From assembly GCA_050015395.1 (NCBI GenBank), contig JBEKBM010000012.1, positions 1-64,000 on the forward strand: 64,000 nucleotides of DNA. Direction: 5' to 3'. The notes under the pieces are model-generated. The model saw nothing but the letters and a program-made list of their open reading frames with translations, did not search any database and was not told where the DNA came from. Below, piece after piece: positions 39,253 to 48,391 of the stretch. Position 1 is the stretch's first letter. Every line of letters starts with the position of its first letter. The translations under genes and the position numbers were made by a program. The stretch comes from Candidatus Bathyarchaeia archaeon. GTDB taxonomy: Archaea > Thermoproteota > Bathyarchaeia > Bathyarchaeales > Bathycorpusculaceae.

Positions 39253-39732
39253 TTGTTCGAGGAGAAAGGTGTGAGTAGAGAAGGAGAGACGCGATTGCGG
39301 GTTACTAAGGATTCGCCTCCAGCTTTTACTGATGCTTCTCTTGAAAGACTCAAGGTGCAAAAGGAATTAGTTGAGAAGCTTAAGGTTCAATGGAAGCTTT
39401 TGTGGAGTGAACGCTTCAACGATAAGGTGAGAGCTGAAGGCGTTTCGGTAAGTGACTACGCATCCTTGCGCGTGGAGCGTGGCACCATTATTCATGCAAC
39501 TAGGGATTTTAAGGCGTTAAATTTTAAGGAAATCCTTGAACAGCACCTTGTTGAAGGCTCTGACCGTTTTGTTCAGCCAGTTGTTGATGTAGGAGGCTGG
39601 AATAAATTCGTAAAAACCAAAATCACCAATCGCATCCCTCAGAGAGACAAGCATAATCTGCTGTATGTTCCTAAGAAGCGGGAAGTTCAACAGCCCAAGA
39701 AAGGCGGGCGCGGTTGGCTTCACGCAACCTAA
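39253..39732 (+). CDS. Hypothetical protein
   Basis: 159-aa ORF ending GGRGWLH; start uncertain (GTG near 39271 possible). Confidence 0.6.
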   Translation: MFEEKGVSREGETRLRVTKDSPPAFTDASLERLKVQKELVEKLKVQWKLLWSERFNDKVRAEGVSVSDYASLRVERGTIIHATRDFKALNFKEILEQHLVEGSDRFVQPVVDVGGWNKFVKTKITNRIPQRDKHNLLYVPKKREVQQPKKGGRGWLHAT

Positions 39733-40119
39733 ACTTCGCTTATTATCAATTATTAAATTTGGTTCTGTTAACTTGTGAGATTTCGGCTTAGATAGGGCAT
39801 TTGTGTGTGCGCTACAGCCTACCCCCTAGTCTACTAGATGCTTCTAATATGCTTCAAATATGTTTCAACATAGGTGTGCATAGAAGTGAGGTGCGCACTT
39901 TTGCATGCAGAATTGGTGAAATTACATGTAGAATTGGATGCAAATTTGTTAGCTTAACATCTTTGCCTATAAAATTGGGTCAGCGATGATTGACGATTTC
40001 TCACAGCTTGGGCTCGAAGCCGTCGCCTCACATCATCCAGGCGCTTAAATGGGTCTTGGAAGATTTATTTATTTTGATATTCAAAAATCAAAATGGTACT
40101 AAGCCACTAAAAAAGCATT

Positions 40120-40347
40120 ATGAAATTTGATGGCTTTCCAAGAGAAAAGACAATCTTATCCTTCAAGCTAACAAATGGTGTAGGCTGGTTAACCACTTAT
40201 CGCCTCATCATTCAACAAGAGAAGCATAACCCGCGCCTCAACATCATGGAGAGGCAAGACCCTGAAATGTACCTTTTACGCGATTTTGAGAAAGCCGAAA
40301 TAAAAGACGAAACGCTCACCGTTAGTGGACTTTTTTTGAGCGTTTAA
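40120..40347 (+). pseudogene. Probably truncated hypothetical gene colliding with the 3' end of the convergent surface-protein gene
   Basis: 75-aa ORF whose last codons overlap 40322-40347 on the other strand. Confidence 0.4.
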
Positions 40348-41455
40348 TCATCATGGTCCACAATGCAAGTGCAGCCGCACAAGCGATGAAAGCACCCGCC
40401 GCGCCTATACTGCTTTCTGGAAGTACGAGTGGCATTGGTACCACAAAGGTTGCGGGGGCTGAAGTGCCTTGGTTGTCTGTTGCGTTAACCGTGTAGCTGC
40501 CAGGGGTTGCGGTTGCTGGGACGGTGAATGTTGCTTTGAAGGAGCCTGTGTCGTCTGTGGTGGTTGTCCCGCTTAGAGTTACGGATGTTCCGTCGAAAGT
40601 TGCTGTCATAGGTGAGTTAACGGCGAAGCCTGAACCAGAAATTGTGATTACATCACCCGGTTGACCTGATGAAGGTGTCAAAGTGATTGATGGTGCTGCG
40701 GGGAAGGTTACGAGTGTGGCTAGCCATGAGCCAACGCCTGCTCCTGTTGTTCCCGATTCGGCTTGACCAGTGGATGAAACAATGTTTTCAAGGTAACTGA
40801 CTGAGATTCCGTTGTTTAATGCTCCGTCAAGTAATAAGAAGCCGTTTGTGGGCGATGATTGGCTATAACCATTTAGGAGTGCGCCGCCAACCCATAGTTC
40901 ATTAGCGTAAGTGGTTGTAGGTGTCTTACCAGTATCTATAACTGCGCTGTTACCCTCGGAATCGGTTAATTGGTCTATATAGTGGTTTTGTATATAAGCG
41001 GTGTCTAGTCCGCTGTATTCGCAAATGTCCGTAGTTGCGCAGGTTATGGTTCCTGTCCCTTGGATAAAGGGTAAGGCAATTGTTATGGTCTTTGATGCGG
41101 TTGCTGAATTTACTAGTCCCCACCACACTTGTATGCTGCAACCGCCGCTACTGCTAGTGGTAGTCCATGAATGGCTAGCGGGCCAGGTTACTCCGGTTTG
41201 AGTTATTTGGGGACCAACTTGGGGCTGGTTTGAACCAGTCAATTCTAGGCCCATTACAGCTATGAGAACATCGCCGCTCTGTGGAGTTTGTGCCAAAGTA
41301 ACTGAAATGGGGCTGCTGCCTGTTGTTGTTCCTTGCGCAGGGCCTTGCACCCGCGTGATAGCTGGAGCTGGATCATTCGCATAAACAGGACTTGGTACAC
41401 AAATTATTACCATACTAAGGACTAGTATACTTATAACTAGAAGAGCCTTCTTCGT
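40322..41455 (-). CDS. Secreted surface protein A (beta-rich domain + IPT/TIG-like domain) with PES-TM-basic C-terminal sorting signal
   Basis: C-terminus VLPESSIGAAGAFIACAAALALWTMMIKRSKKVH; signal peptide extends to an ACG at 41455 that aligns with the paralog's ATG. Confidence 0.85.
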   Translation of the reverse strand, partial: TKKALLVISILVLSMVIICVPSPVYANDPAPAITRVQGPAQGTTTGSSPISVTLAQTPQSGDVLIAVMGLELTGSNQPQVGPQITQTGVTWPASHSWTTTSSSGGCSIQVWWGLVNSATASKTITIALPFIQGTGTITCATTDICEYSGLDTAYIQNHYIDQLTDSEGNSAVIDTGKTPTTTYANELWVGGALLNGYSQSSPTNGFLLLDGALNNGISVSYLENIVSSTGQAESGTTGAGVGSWLATLVTFPAAPSITLTPSSGQPGDVITISGSGFAVNSPMTATFDGTSVTLSGTTTTDDTGSFKATFTVPATATPGSYTVNATDNQGTSAPATFVVPMPLVLPESSIGAAGAFIACAAALALWTMMIKRSKKVH

Positions 41456-41473
41456 AGTTTCCCCTCTCCCTTC

Positions 41474-41583
41474 CTCTCGTTAGCACCTAAATTACACCAT
41501 AGCTTAAATATCCTACATTTCTTGATTGACGGGAGCATGCGGTTGGATGTTTGCTTCTCTTGTCCAGTTTTTTATAGAGTAGC
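41474..41583 (-). promoter_or_regulatory. Conserved upstream element, copy 1
   Basis: Blocks CTCTCGTTAGCAC-TAAAT, TTTCTTGATTGA--GGAGCATGCGGTT-GATGTTTG and GTTTTTTATAGAGTAGC shared with 43447-43562. Confidence 0.7.
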
Positions 41584-42172
41584 GTATGCTAAATGCAAAA
41601 CCCCCCACAACGCACTTCAAGCCAATCACAGAGTAGCAAATGCTTAAAATCTGGGCGAGAAAATTCAATCAAGTAACAAATAACAAATAAAAGCATAAAC
41701 GTATAGGCGTGGATCTGCTGATATTACATCTGTTACTTTTGGCATAAGCAGAAATTTTAATGCTTACCTGAGAATTAAGGACGCGACGACTTATGATAAG
41801 CTTGCTAACGCCAACTTCCTTTATCTTTTAACAATAAGCATCCGTAGCGTAGGCTAATATAGCAATAAAATGGCAAAAGTTGAACGCTTTTTCTTAACAA
41901 CTGGAAAAGTAACCTTAACTTAAAATAAAAAGATCTGAGAAAAACTCACCCAGCAATACAATGACAACACACAACTGAAATTAGCCGACAACCCCTCTGA
42001 AACCGATATAAGATTGATACAAAAAGCGCCAAAAAAATAATGGTGCATGCGATGTCTGTTCAGTTTCCTTCATTGAAATAGCCAGAAAAATATAAATTGG
42101 TTCAACTACCGCGGTTTCGCCAAAGATGTTTTATAAAATATTACGTTGTTCCTTTAACAGGAAGTGAAAACT

Positions 42173-42277
42173 ATGAAAGGGTACGCAGTCAATCATGAAA
42201 AGGAAACCTTAAAAAACAGTAACTTCCGCCACGTTCTTTATACAGGCAGATATAACCAGCTTGTTCTGATGAGTTAG
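42173..42277 (+). pseudogene. Cupin-domain gene remnant (N-terminal 34 aa)
   Basis: MKGYAVNHEKETLKNSNFRHVLYTGRYNQLVLMS* matches the N-terminus of a common cupin family; ends at TAG with no homologous continuation. Confidence 0.7.
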
Positions 42278-42340
42278 CTGCGCCTTTTGAAAAGCTTGGT
42301 TGTATGTAAGCAATAAAAATCCTTAAAAAGAGAAAATTGT

Positions 42341-43429
42341 TTAGTTAATTTTCTTGCGTTTTGTCGCTATTGTCCATACTGCGAGGGCAGCTGCACACGC
42401 AAAAACAGAACTAATCACGCCTACAGGGCTTTCAGGAGTCACTGTGAATGGATTGAGGCTATTATCGGCTGAAGCGCCTTGGTTGTCGGTTGCTATGACC
42501 GTGTAGCCGCCATTGGTTTCGCTTGGGACTTGGAATGTGCACGTGAAATAACCTGTGCTATCTGTGGTTGTTGTGCCGATTAGAGTTAAGGGTGATCCGT
42601 CGAAAGTTGCTGTCATTGGTGAGTCAACGGCGAATCCATAACCAGTAAGCGTGATAGTAGCCCCCGGCCCACCGTAGTTAGGCGTTAGAGTTATCGATGG
42701 GGTTGCGGGTAAGGTTACAAGTATGGCTACCCAAACGCCTGATCCACCAACCGCGGTGGTTCCTGACTCAGCGTTACCGGTTGATGAAACGATGTTTTCT
42801 AGATAGCTTAGGGAGATACCAGTGCTTATGGCACCATCAAGTAATGTGAACCCGTGAGTGGGCGATGATTGAGCGTAAGTGTTTAAAATTGCGCCGCCAA
42901 CCCACAACTCGTTTGCATAAGTTGTTGGATCAGTTGCAGTAGTGTCTGTGGTTGTGGTGGGGCTAGTCTTTGTTTTTGAAGCAGTTTGGTCTCCCTGGGG
43001 GTGACTTATTATGTAAGCTGTGTTTAATCCGCTATACTCGCAAACATCTGCAACGGCAGAAGTGATTGTTCCTGTTAGAGAGATTGTTGTGGTTTTGGAT
43101 GCGCTTGCTGAGTCGACTATACCAGCCCACACTTCTATATCGTAACCAGTCATTGAAGTGGAAAAGATGTTATACCAAGTTACTCCAGTTTGACTTATTG
43201 AGCCAACACTAGGCGATGTACCCTTTGCACCTATTACAGCTACGAGCACATTGCCGCTGCTGGGTGTGTTTGACAGCGTAACTGAAAGAGAGCCCAGGGT
43301 TAATATTCCTCGGGCATTGCCTTGCACCCGTGTAATAGCTTGTGGACCGTTTGCGTGTACAAAGCTAGGTAAACTGACTAATACGATGCTCAAAATTAAT
43401 ACTATGGTAATTATAAGATTTTTCTTCAT
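42341..43429 (-). CDS. Secreted surface protein B, paralog of A, with PES-TM-basic C-terminal sorting signal
   Basis: Signal peptide MKKN...VHA; shared ITRVQG, CEYSGL, YANELWVGGA, PSITLTP, DNQG motifs; C-terminus VTPESPVGVISSVFACAAALAVWTIATKRKKIN. Confidence 0.88.
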   Translation of the reverse strand: MKKNLIITIVLILSIVLVSLPSFVHANGPQAITRVQGNARGILTLGSLSVTLSNTPSSGNVLVAVIGAKGTSPSVGSISQTGVTWYNIFSTSMTGYDIEVWAGIVDSASASKTTTISLTGTITSAVADVCEYSGLNTAYIISHPQGDQTASKTKTSPTTTTDTTATDPTTYANELWVGGAILNTYAQSSPTHGFTLLDGAISTGISLSYLENIVSSTGNAESGTTAVGGSGVWVAILVTLPATPSITLTPNYGGPGATITLTGYGFAVDSPMTATFDGSPLTLIGTTTTDSTGYFTCTFQVPSETNGGYTVIATDNQGASADNSLNPFTVTPESPVGVISSVFACAAALAVWTIATKRKKIN

Positions 43430-43446
43430 AGTTTACCCTCACCTTT

Positions 43447-43562
43447 CTCTCGTTAGCACTTAAATCAGCGCCACTAGTTTATATGTTTTATCCCTTTCTT
43501 GATTGATAGGAGCATGCGGTTAGATGTTTGATTCGCATACGCCCCGTTTTTTATAGAGTAGC
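43447..43562 (-). promoter_or_regulatory. Conserved upstream element, copy 2
   Basis: Same three blocks as 41474-41583, in the same order and spacing. Confidence 0.7.
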
Positions 43563-43609
43563 TTACTTCTGCCCAGTTGTTACGTCGTTCTATCTTAACC
43601 TTAACGTTT

Positions 43610-45625
43610 TTAGTAGGGAACCCATTCCACGTATATTTCGTCATTTATAGCTGATATTTTTTGGTATAATATTTGATTTTGGCGGAATTCCTCTATTTTG
43701 TTTTCGTAATGATTTGCGTTCCCTTGCGGAAGGTCAGGGTTTTCAAATTGTTTGTTCTTAAGTTGTTTAAGCAGGGTTTTGTCTGCTTCGGGGAGGGCTG
43801 CGATTTTTTTCCGAGCCGCAACGCGCATTAATAATTTCTTGCCTGTCAGCGTGGCTATTGAGAAGATTAGTATTATGGCTACGAATATGGTGGATGCTTC
43901 TTGGTTTCTGTATATGTCAATGACGAAAGTGCTGTTGGATATTTTGAATTGACCCCATATGTTTTCGTAGGCTTGGCTAAGAGAGAACAGCTGAGTCGTT
44001 GCTGCTTGAATGTTCATTGCTTGAGCAGTTTGGTTGTTTATGTCTGTAACGTATTTTAGTAAAGTGATTTTGACGGCATAATTGGTTATTGTGCCGTTTG
44101 TTTCCAGATTGAGAGAGTCAAACCAGTAAACTAGATCAAGTGTCTGATTGAGGGTCGGAGCATTTGCAATGATTTCTTCTCCGTTTACGATGCTATCGTT
44201 TTGATCGTATATGGTTAGGTCAGTTATTTTTTCGATGTTTATGGGGTATGCTTGATAGTTTAGGCATCCTTCCCAAGTGTGGAATTGCGATTGAAGATTG
44301 GAAACCTCGAAAATTGCGTATACTGTATTAGAGCTGCTATTTTGTGTGAGGAGGTAGTCGCCTACAAAAATCAAACCCAATTCTTGTTCAGCTTGTGTCT
44401 CTCGCCCTAAGAAAGCTGCAGACCAACCAGTGGCGTTTGAGAAAGCGGCAAGTTCACCCGTGCTAGGGTTGAAGTTTAGGGCTGATTCGTCCCCTTTCGC
44501 TACGACGTTATAATTTACTGCTGCCGCTTGAACTATGAGGTCTGAACAAATCAAAAGAAAAAGCAAAACTATCGCCATTCGTCTCCAGTCAATTTTAGTT
44601 TTGGGCCAATGGAGAATTCGCCCGCATTTGTCGCATATTGTTTGTGAGTTCTTGCAAAAAGAGCAAACGTTGGCTTTCCCTTGTATAAAAGAAAGCTTAA
44701 GCACTTTGCTTCCGAAATACAACAAAATTAGTGTTCCGACGAATGCAAGCGCTGTTCCGGCGACGTCATGGAAGAATTCGAGGGCCAAGCCGAGACCCCA
44801 AAAGTGCCCCAGAACAACCATTGTAATTATTCTAAACACATTAAGGAAGTAAGCTGCACAAACAGCGAGAGCAGCGTAAAGGATTTTTTTGATTGGGGAA
44901 CCAGAAGCTAGGTAGCCGAAAACAACTGCGCAGAACAGAAAGGCGGTTAGGGAATATATTCCGGAACATGCGGCGTCCAAAGAAAACTGAATTTTTGCTC
45001 CAGCTGCGGTGATGGTGCTTAATACTACAATCGGTTGATAGGTAATGCCAATTGGAAGGAAGGGCTTAAGAATTGAGGATGCCAAAGCACCGTCCGAAGA
45101 CATCAGGTTTCCGCCGTAAGCATCCATGAAAAATAGTGGAAAAGGACTTAGGAAAGCTACCAAGGCGATTGGAAAAACCAGTAGTTTAAGCGTGTCAGCG
45201 CCGAAAATAAGCAGGGTTACGCCTGCGACAAAGATGGGCAGAGATAGAAGGTGAAGTTGCAGTGAATAGAAGGAGTAGGAACCCAAAACATATATGAGAA
45301 GTGCTAACAGTAAAAGGGATACGCCAAATAAATCTTGAGACTTGGAGTTTTTGCGTGAAACCAAAAAGGCTTTTCTGCGTCTATAAAAGAAGTAGGCTAC
45401 AACAAAGGGAACCAGCAGGACATACTGTGCTTCCTGATCGGATAGGGCGAGGCTAAACACTTGCACGAAGTCTTGAAAATACGTTACGATTGGAAATATG
45501 AGAAACAATGAGAGTTTAATGCTAAGGGGCACAAAATTCGGCGATTTTAAGGCTGCCCTCCAATTGAACAATCCGCTCTTTATTTTCTCAATGTTCAACT
45601 GTCCTGGGTTCCCCTCTGGTCTCAA
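43610..45625 (-). CDS. Exosortase/archaeosortase family protein with Zn-ribbon and EpsI-like extracellular extension
   Basis: About 8 TMs with the Cys/Arg/His triad region (AACSGI, NVFRI, FFHD); CSFC...CDKC; TM; soluble domain with FHTWEGC; final TM. Confidence 0.88.
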   Translation of the reverse strand: MRPEGNPGQLNIEKIKSGLFNWRAALKSPNFVPLSIKLSLFLIFPIVTYFQDFVQVFSLALSDQEAQYVLLVPFVVAYFFYRRRKAFLVSRKNSKSQDLFGVSLLLLALLIYVLGSYSFYSLQLHLLSLPIFVAGVTLLIFGADTLKLLVFPIALVAFLSPFPLFFMDAYGGNLMSSDGALASSILKPFLPIGITYQPIVVLSTITAAGAKIQFSLDAACSGIYSLTAFLFCAVVFGYLASGSPIKKILYAALAVCAAYFLNVFRIITMVVLGHFWGLGLALEFFHDVAGTALAFVGTLILLYFGSKVLKLSFIQGKANVCSFCKNSQTICDKCGRILHWPKTKIDWRRMAIVLLFLLICSDLIVQAAAVNYNVVAKGDESALNFNPSTGELAAFSNATGWSAAFLGRETQAEQELGLIFVGDYLLTQNSSSNTVYAIFEVSNLQSQFHTWEGCLNYQAYPINIEKITDLTIYDQNDSIVNGEEIIANAPTLNQTLDLVYWFDSLNLETNGTITNYAVKITLLKYVTDINNQTAQAMNIQAATTQLFSLSQAYENIWGQFKISNSTFVIDIYRNQEASTIFVAIILIFSIATLTGKKLLMRVAARKKIAALPEADKTLLKQLKNKQFENPDLPQGNANHYENKIEEFRQNQILYQKISAINDEIYVEWVPY

Positions 45626-46206
45626 TCTAAATAGCCATGGTTTATTAAGCTTTAAGAAGCAGAAATATAATTTGCATCCTTAAGAACATAGCGCAGATCT
45701 AGCAGATTGACTGATCTGCAATTGTATTAGCAGGTTTTAAGAAGACAATTTACTCCTTTTTTTATTCAAGCCAAGCATAATTTCAAAAGCCAAAGATAAT
45801 ATTCATCTAAAACTGAAAGCGTTCAACGTAGCTAATTTAGCAATTATGGAAAAAAATGAAACTTTAGCTTATTTCTTACGGGCTGATTGTCTCCCATGTA
45901 ACCTAACGCTTAACCGCATTGCTGAGCGTTGCTTTTTGCTTGGCTAAGTTCTCTCGGCATGGGACTTTTCGCGCCCGCGCCTCACCTGTTCCATAATTGG
46001 GTAGAACTCCTTCGTCATAGGTGCAAGATTTGTTGTGCTTGCTTCCTCTGTTAAGTCCGTCGTTATGGGTGCTCATTTTTGGTGAGGCAATAAAAATAAG
46101 TGCGAGGGGATTGGTTAAATGTTGCTGTGTGATCACGCATGTTCATTGTTACTAGTCACTAAAGTTCATTGTTATAGAGTGCTTTTGAGAGCGCTAAAAG
46201 TGCATT

Positions 46207-47205
46207 TCATTTGATTATGTTTTGCGGTTTGCCTTGAATGAAGGCTTTAATGTTTTCAATGGTGCCGTTAACAAGCCGCTCTAAGGACTCTTTACTGTTA
46301 AACGCGCAATGAGGCGTTATAATCACGTTTTTGAGCCTCAAAAGAATATGCTCTTGCAGCATCGTTGCCAACTGTTCCCGTGGAATATTATCCAAAAGCA
46401 ACTGTGCCTCCTCTCGAATAAGTGCTTCTTGCTCCAAAACATCCAAGCCTGCGCCTCTGAGATGACCACTCAAAAGTGCTTCAGTTAGCGCTTGTGAATC
46501 GATGAGCCCGCCTCTTGCGGTATTGATTACGACGGCGCCCCTCTTCATGAGTTTGATGGTGTCCTTGTTTAAGAAGTGATGAGTCTCATTGTTGAATGGC
46601 AAATGTAAAGTAACCACGTCTGACTGCGCTAGCAAGTCAGGCCAATCCACATATTTGAAGCCTAAAGCGTCTGCCAAATTCATGTTAGGAAACTTATCAT
46701 AAGCCAACACTTCCATCCTGAAGCCCTTAGCTATCTCAATCACTTTGGTGCCAATCCTACCAGTGCCCAGAACTCCGAGGATTTTTCCGTTTAAATCAAA
46801 GCCTCGAACGCCTTCACATGTGAAGTCGCCTTGACGTGTTCTCTCGTAAGAGTCATGGATATTGCGTGAGAGGGAAAGAATCAAAGCGAACGTGTGCTCA
46901 GCAACAGTAACCTCGCCATAGGTAGGAACATTGCAAACTAAAATGCCCCTTCGCCTGCAAGCTTCAAGGTCTATGTGGTCAAAACCCGTTGAACGAGTAG
47001 CGATTAAACGTGCCTTTTCAAGTTTATCGATGACGCCGCTGTTCAGGTTAGAGTAAATGAAAACTGAGACAACCTCAAAATCCACAACTTGGTCAACGTT
47101 TGCTTCACTTAATTCTTCCTTGAACAGGCGAATCTCATAATCGGCTAACCCCTTTTCTAGAAGGGGCTGCTCCCAGTCTTGAACCTCAAAGAAAGCAATC
47201 TTCAA
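46207..47205 (-). CDS. D-2-hydroxyacid dehydrogenase (D-lactate dehydrogenase-like)
   Basis: RSTGFDHID, VAEH, GVLGTGRIG, INTARG, GLDVLEQE, ITPH. Confidence 0.9.
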   Translation of the reverse strand: MKIAFFEVQDWEQPLLEKGLADYEIRLFKEELSEANVDQVVDFEVVSVFIYSNLNSGVIDKLEKARLIATRSTGFDHIDLEACRRRGILVCNVPTYGEVTVAEHTFALILSLSRNIHDSYERTRQGDFTCEGVRGFDLNGKILGVLGTGRIGTKVIEIAKGFRMEVLAYDKFPNMNLADALGFKYVDWPDLLAQSDVVTLHLPFNNETHHFLNKDTIKLMKRGAVVINTARGGLIDSQALTEALLSGHLRGAGLDVLEQEALIREEAQLLLDNIPREQLATMLQEHILLRLKNVIITPHCAFNSKESLERLVNGTIENIKAFIQGKPQNIIK

Positions 47206-47670
47206 AAAACTCGCCGCTGTAACATTGAGTCTTATGCTTGGTATAAATAATTTGGTATGTATTTTAATCCCTAAAGTGTGAAAAACAATGAGCAGAACAC
47301 ATTAAAACTTCTATCACAGTACCAGAAATAGGGGTACTTTTTTTGGTCGTTTGGATAACAAAAAGAGGGTAAGTAGGTTATTTTTAGCTAGTGGGAATAG
47401 GTCTAAAAAATAGGCAGATAGGCGTAATATTGCCTTAGACATTGCATAGAAAATCCTAAAAGGCGTATACTATTTGCTTGGCAGTTTCAGTAGCAAAAAG
47501 AAGGCTTCCCCCGTGGGTAAGCCAGCTTCTCAAACAAGCGTTTATAAGCTGTTATGGACGTGCCTTCCTTGGTAGAGAGTTAGCCATGTTATCTTCTAAG
47601 AGTTAAAACGCTAATTCCGATTGGTAAGGTTTAAGTGTGACATTCATGCTTTATGTGCAAGGTGCATTAA

Positions 47671-47832
47671 ATGCCAACTCACGGTTCATTATCTAAAGCT
47701 GGAAAAGTCCGCTCTCAAACGCCGAAAATCCAGGCGACACCAAAAACATCGCCAAGCCCAAAAAACCGAAGCAGACGCAACTACGAGAAACGCGTGATTC
47801 TGCAGAGGAAACCTGGGCAAAACTGGCTCTAA
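47671..47832 (+). CDS. rps30e: Ribosomal protein eS30 (S30e), absent from the ORF track
   Basis: [20 protein letters not shown]...RRNYEKR, 53 aa; AGGTG RBS. Confidence 0.95.
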   Translation: MPTHGSLSKAGKVRSQTPKIQATPKTSPSPKNRSRRNYEKRVILQRKPGQNWL

Positions 47833-47916
47833 GCGTTAGACCTATAGAAATAGGTTATCGTCACTTTTTTGACAAAAGTTAAGAGAAGATGGCGGTCTTA
47901 ATATTATGTGATAGAT

Positions 47917-48107
47917 ATGGATGAAACACCAGAAATTTATCCACAATTAAAAAAATTGAAAATGACATCGAAACTATTAAGATTCTTCTAATAAGAGGTC
48001 GAAAAATGCCAAGGAAAATAGCGAAGTTGGAAGGTTCACTTAAGGCAGAGATAAGCGAAGAGGATATTGAAGAAGCGGAAAAATCGATTTTCAAGTTTAG
48101 TGACTAA
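47917..48107 (+). pseudogene. Putative antitoxin, frameshifted at an A7 run
   Basis: One extra A at 47949-47955 gives MDETPEIYPQLKKIENDIETIK...KLEGSLKAEISEEDIEEAEKSIF; immediately precedes a PIN remnant. Confidence 0.55.
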
Positions 48108-48108
48108 A

Positions 48109-48302
48109 ATGTATGTAACTGATGCGCATGCTTTTCTTTGGTTTCTTTTACAAGATAAAAAAGAAGGCAAGAAAGCCTTGGAAATTTTTCGAGCGAGCTG
48201 CATGACCGAATAATAGTTGCCACAGCAAAACTCTTGAACGCTAAGCTGATAACAAAAGATGCTAACATAATTGATTCCAAACTAGTTGAGACCATCTGGT
48301 AA
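48109..48302 (+). pseudogene. PIN-domain (VapC) toxin with large internal deletion
   Basis: MYVTDAHAFLWFL start and ELHDRIIVATAKLLNAKLITKD...TIW* end in different frames, middle missing. Confidence 0.75.
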
Positions 48303-48391
48303 GTTTAACTCATAAGCAAAAACTGTTTTTTCAAGCCTTAAACGCTCCTCAACGTTAGTGTAGTTTATTTATCACTTAACTAAACCATATT

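Noticed and set aside
42275-42277. TAG readthrough (pyrrolysine) in the cupin stub
   Set aside because: Sequence after the TAG does not continue as a cupin; it is a truncation
45903-46136. 77-aa minus-strand ORF upstream of the exosortase
   Set aside because: No motif, RBS or composition signal strong enough to call a gene
47499-47530. Hairpin AGAAGGCTTCCCCGTGGGTAAGCCAGCTTCT upstream of rps30e as a SECIS or ncRNA
   Set aside because: Imperfect single stem, lacks the archaeal SECIS GAA/A geometry, and no selenoprotein nearby; no function can be supported
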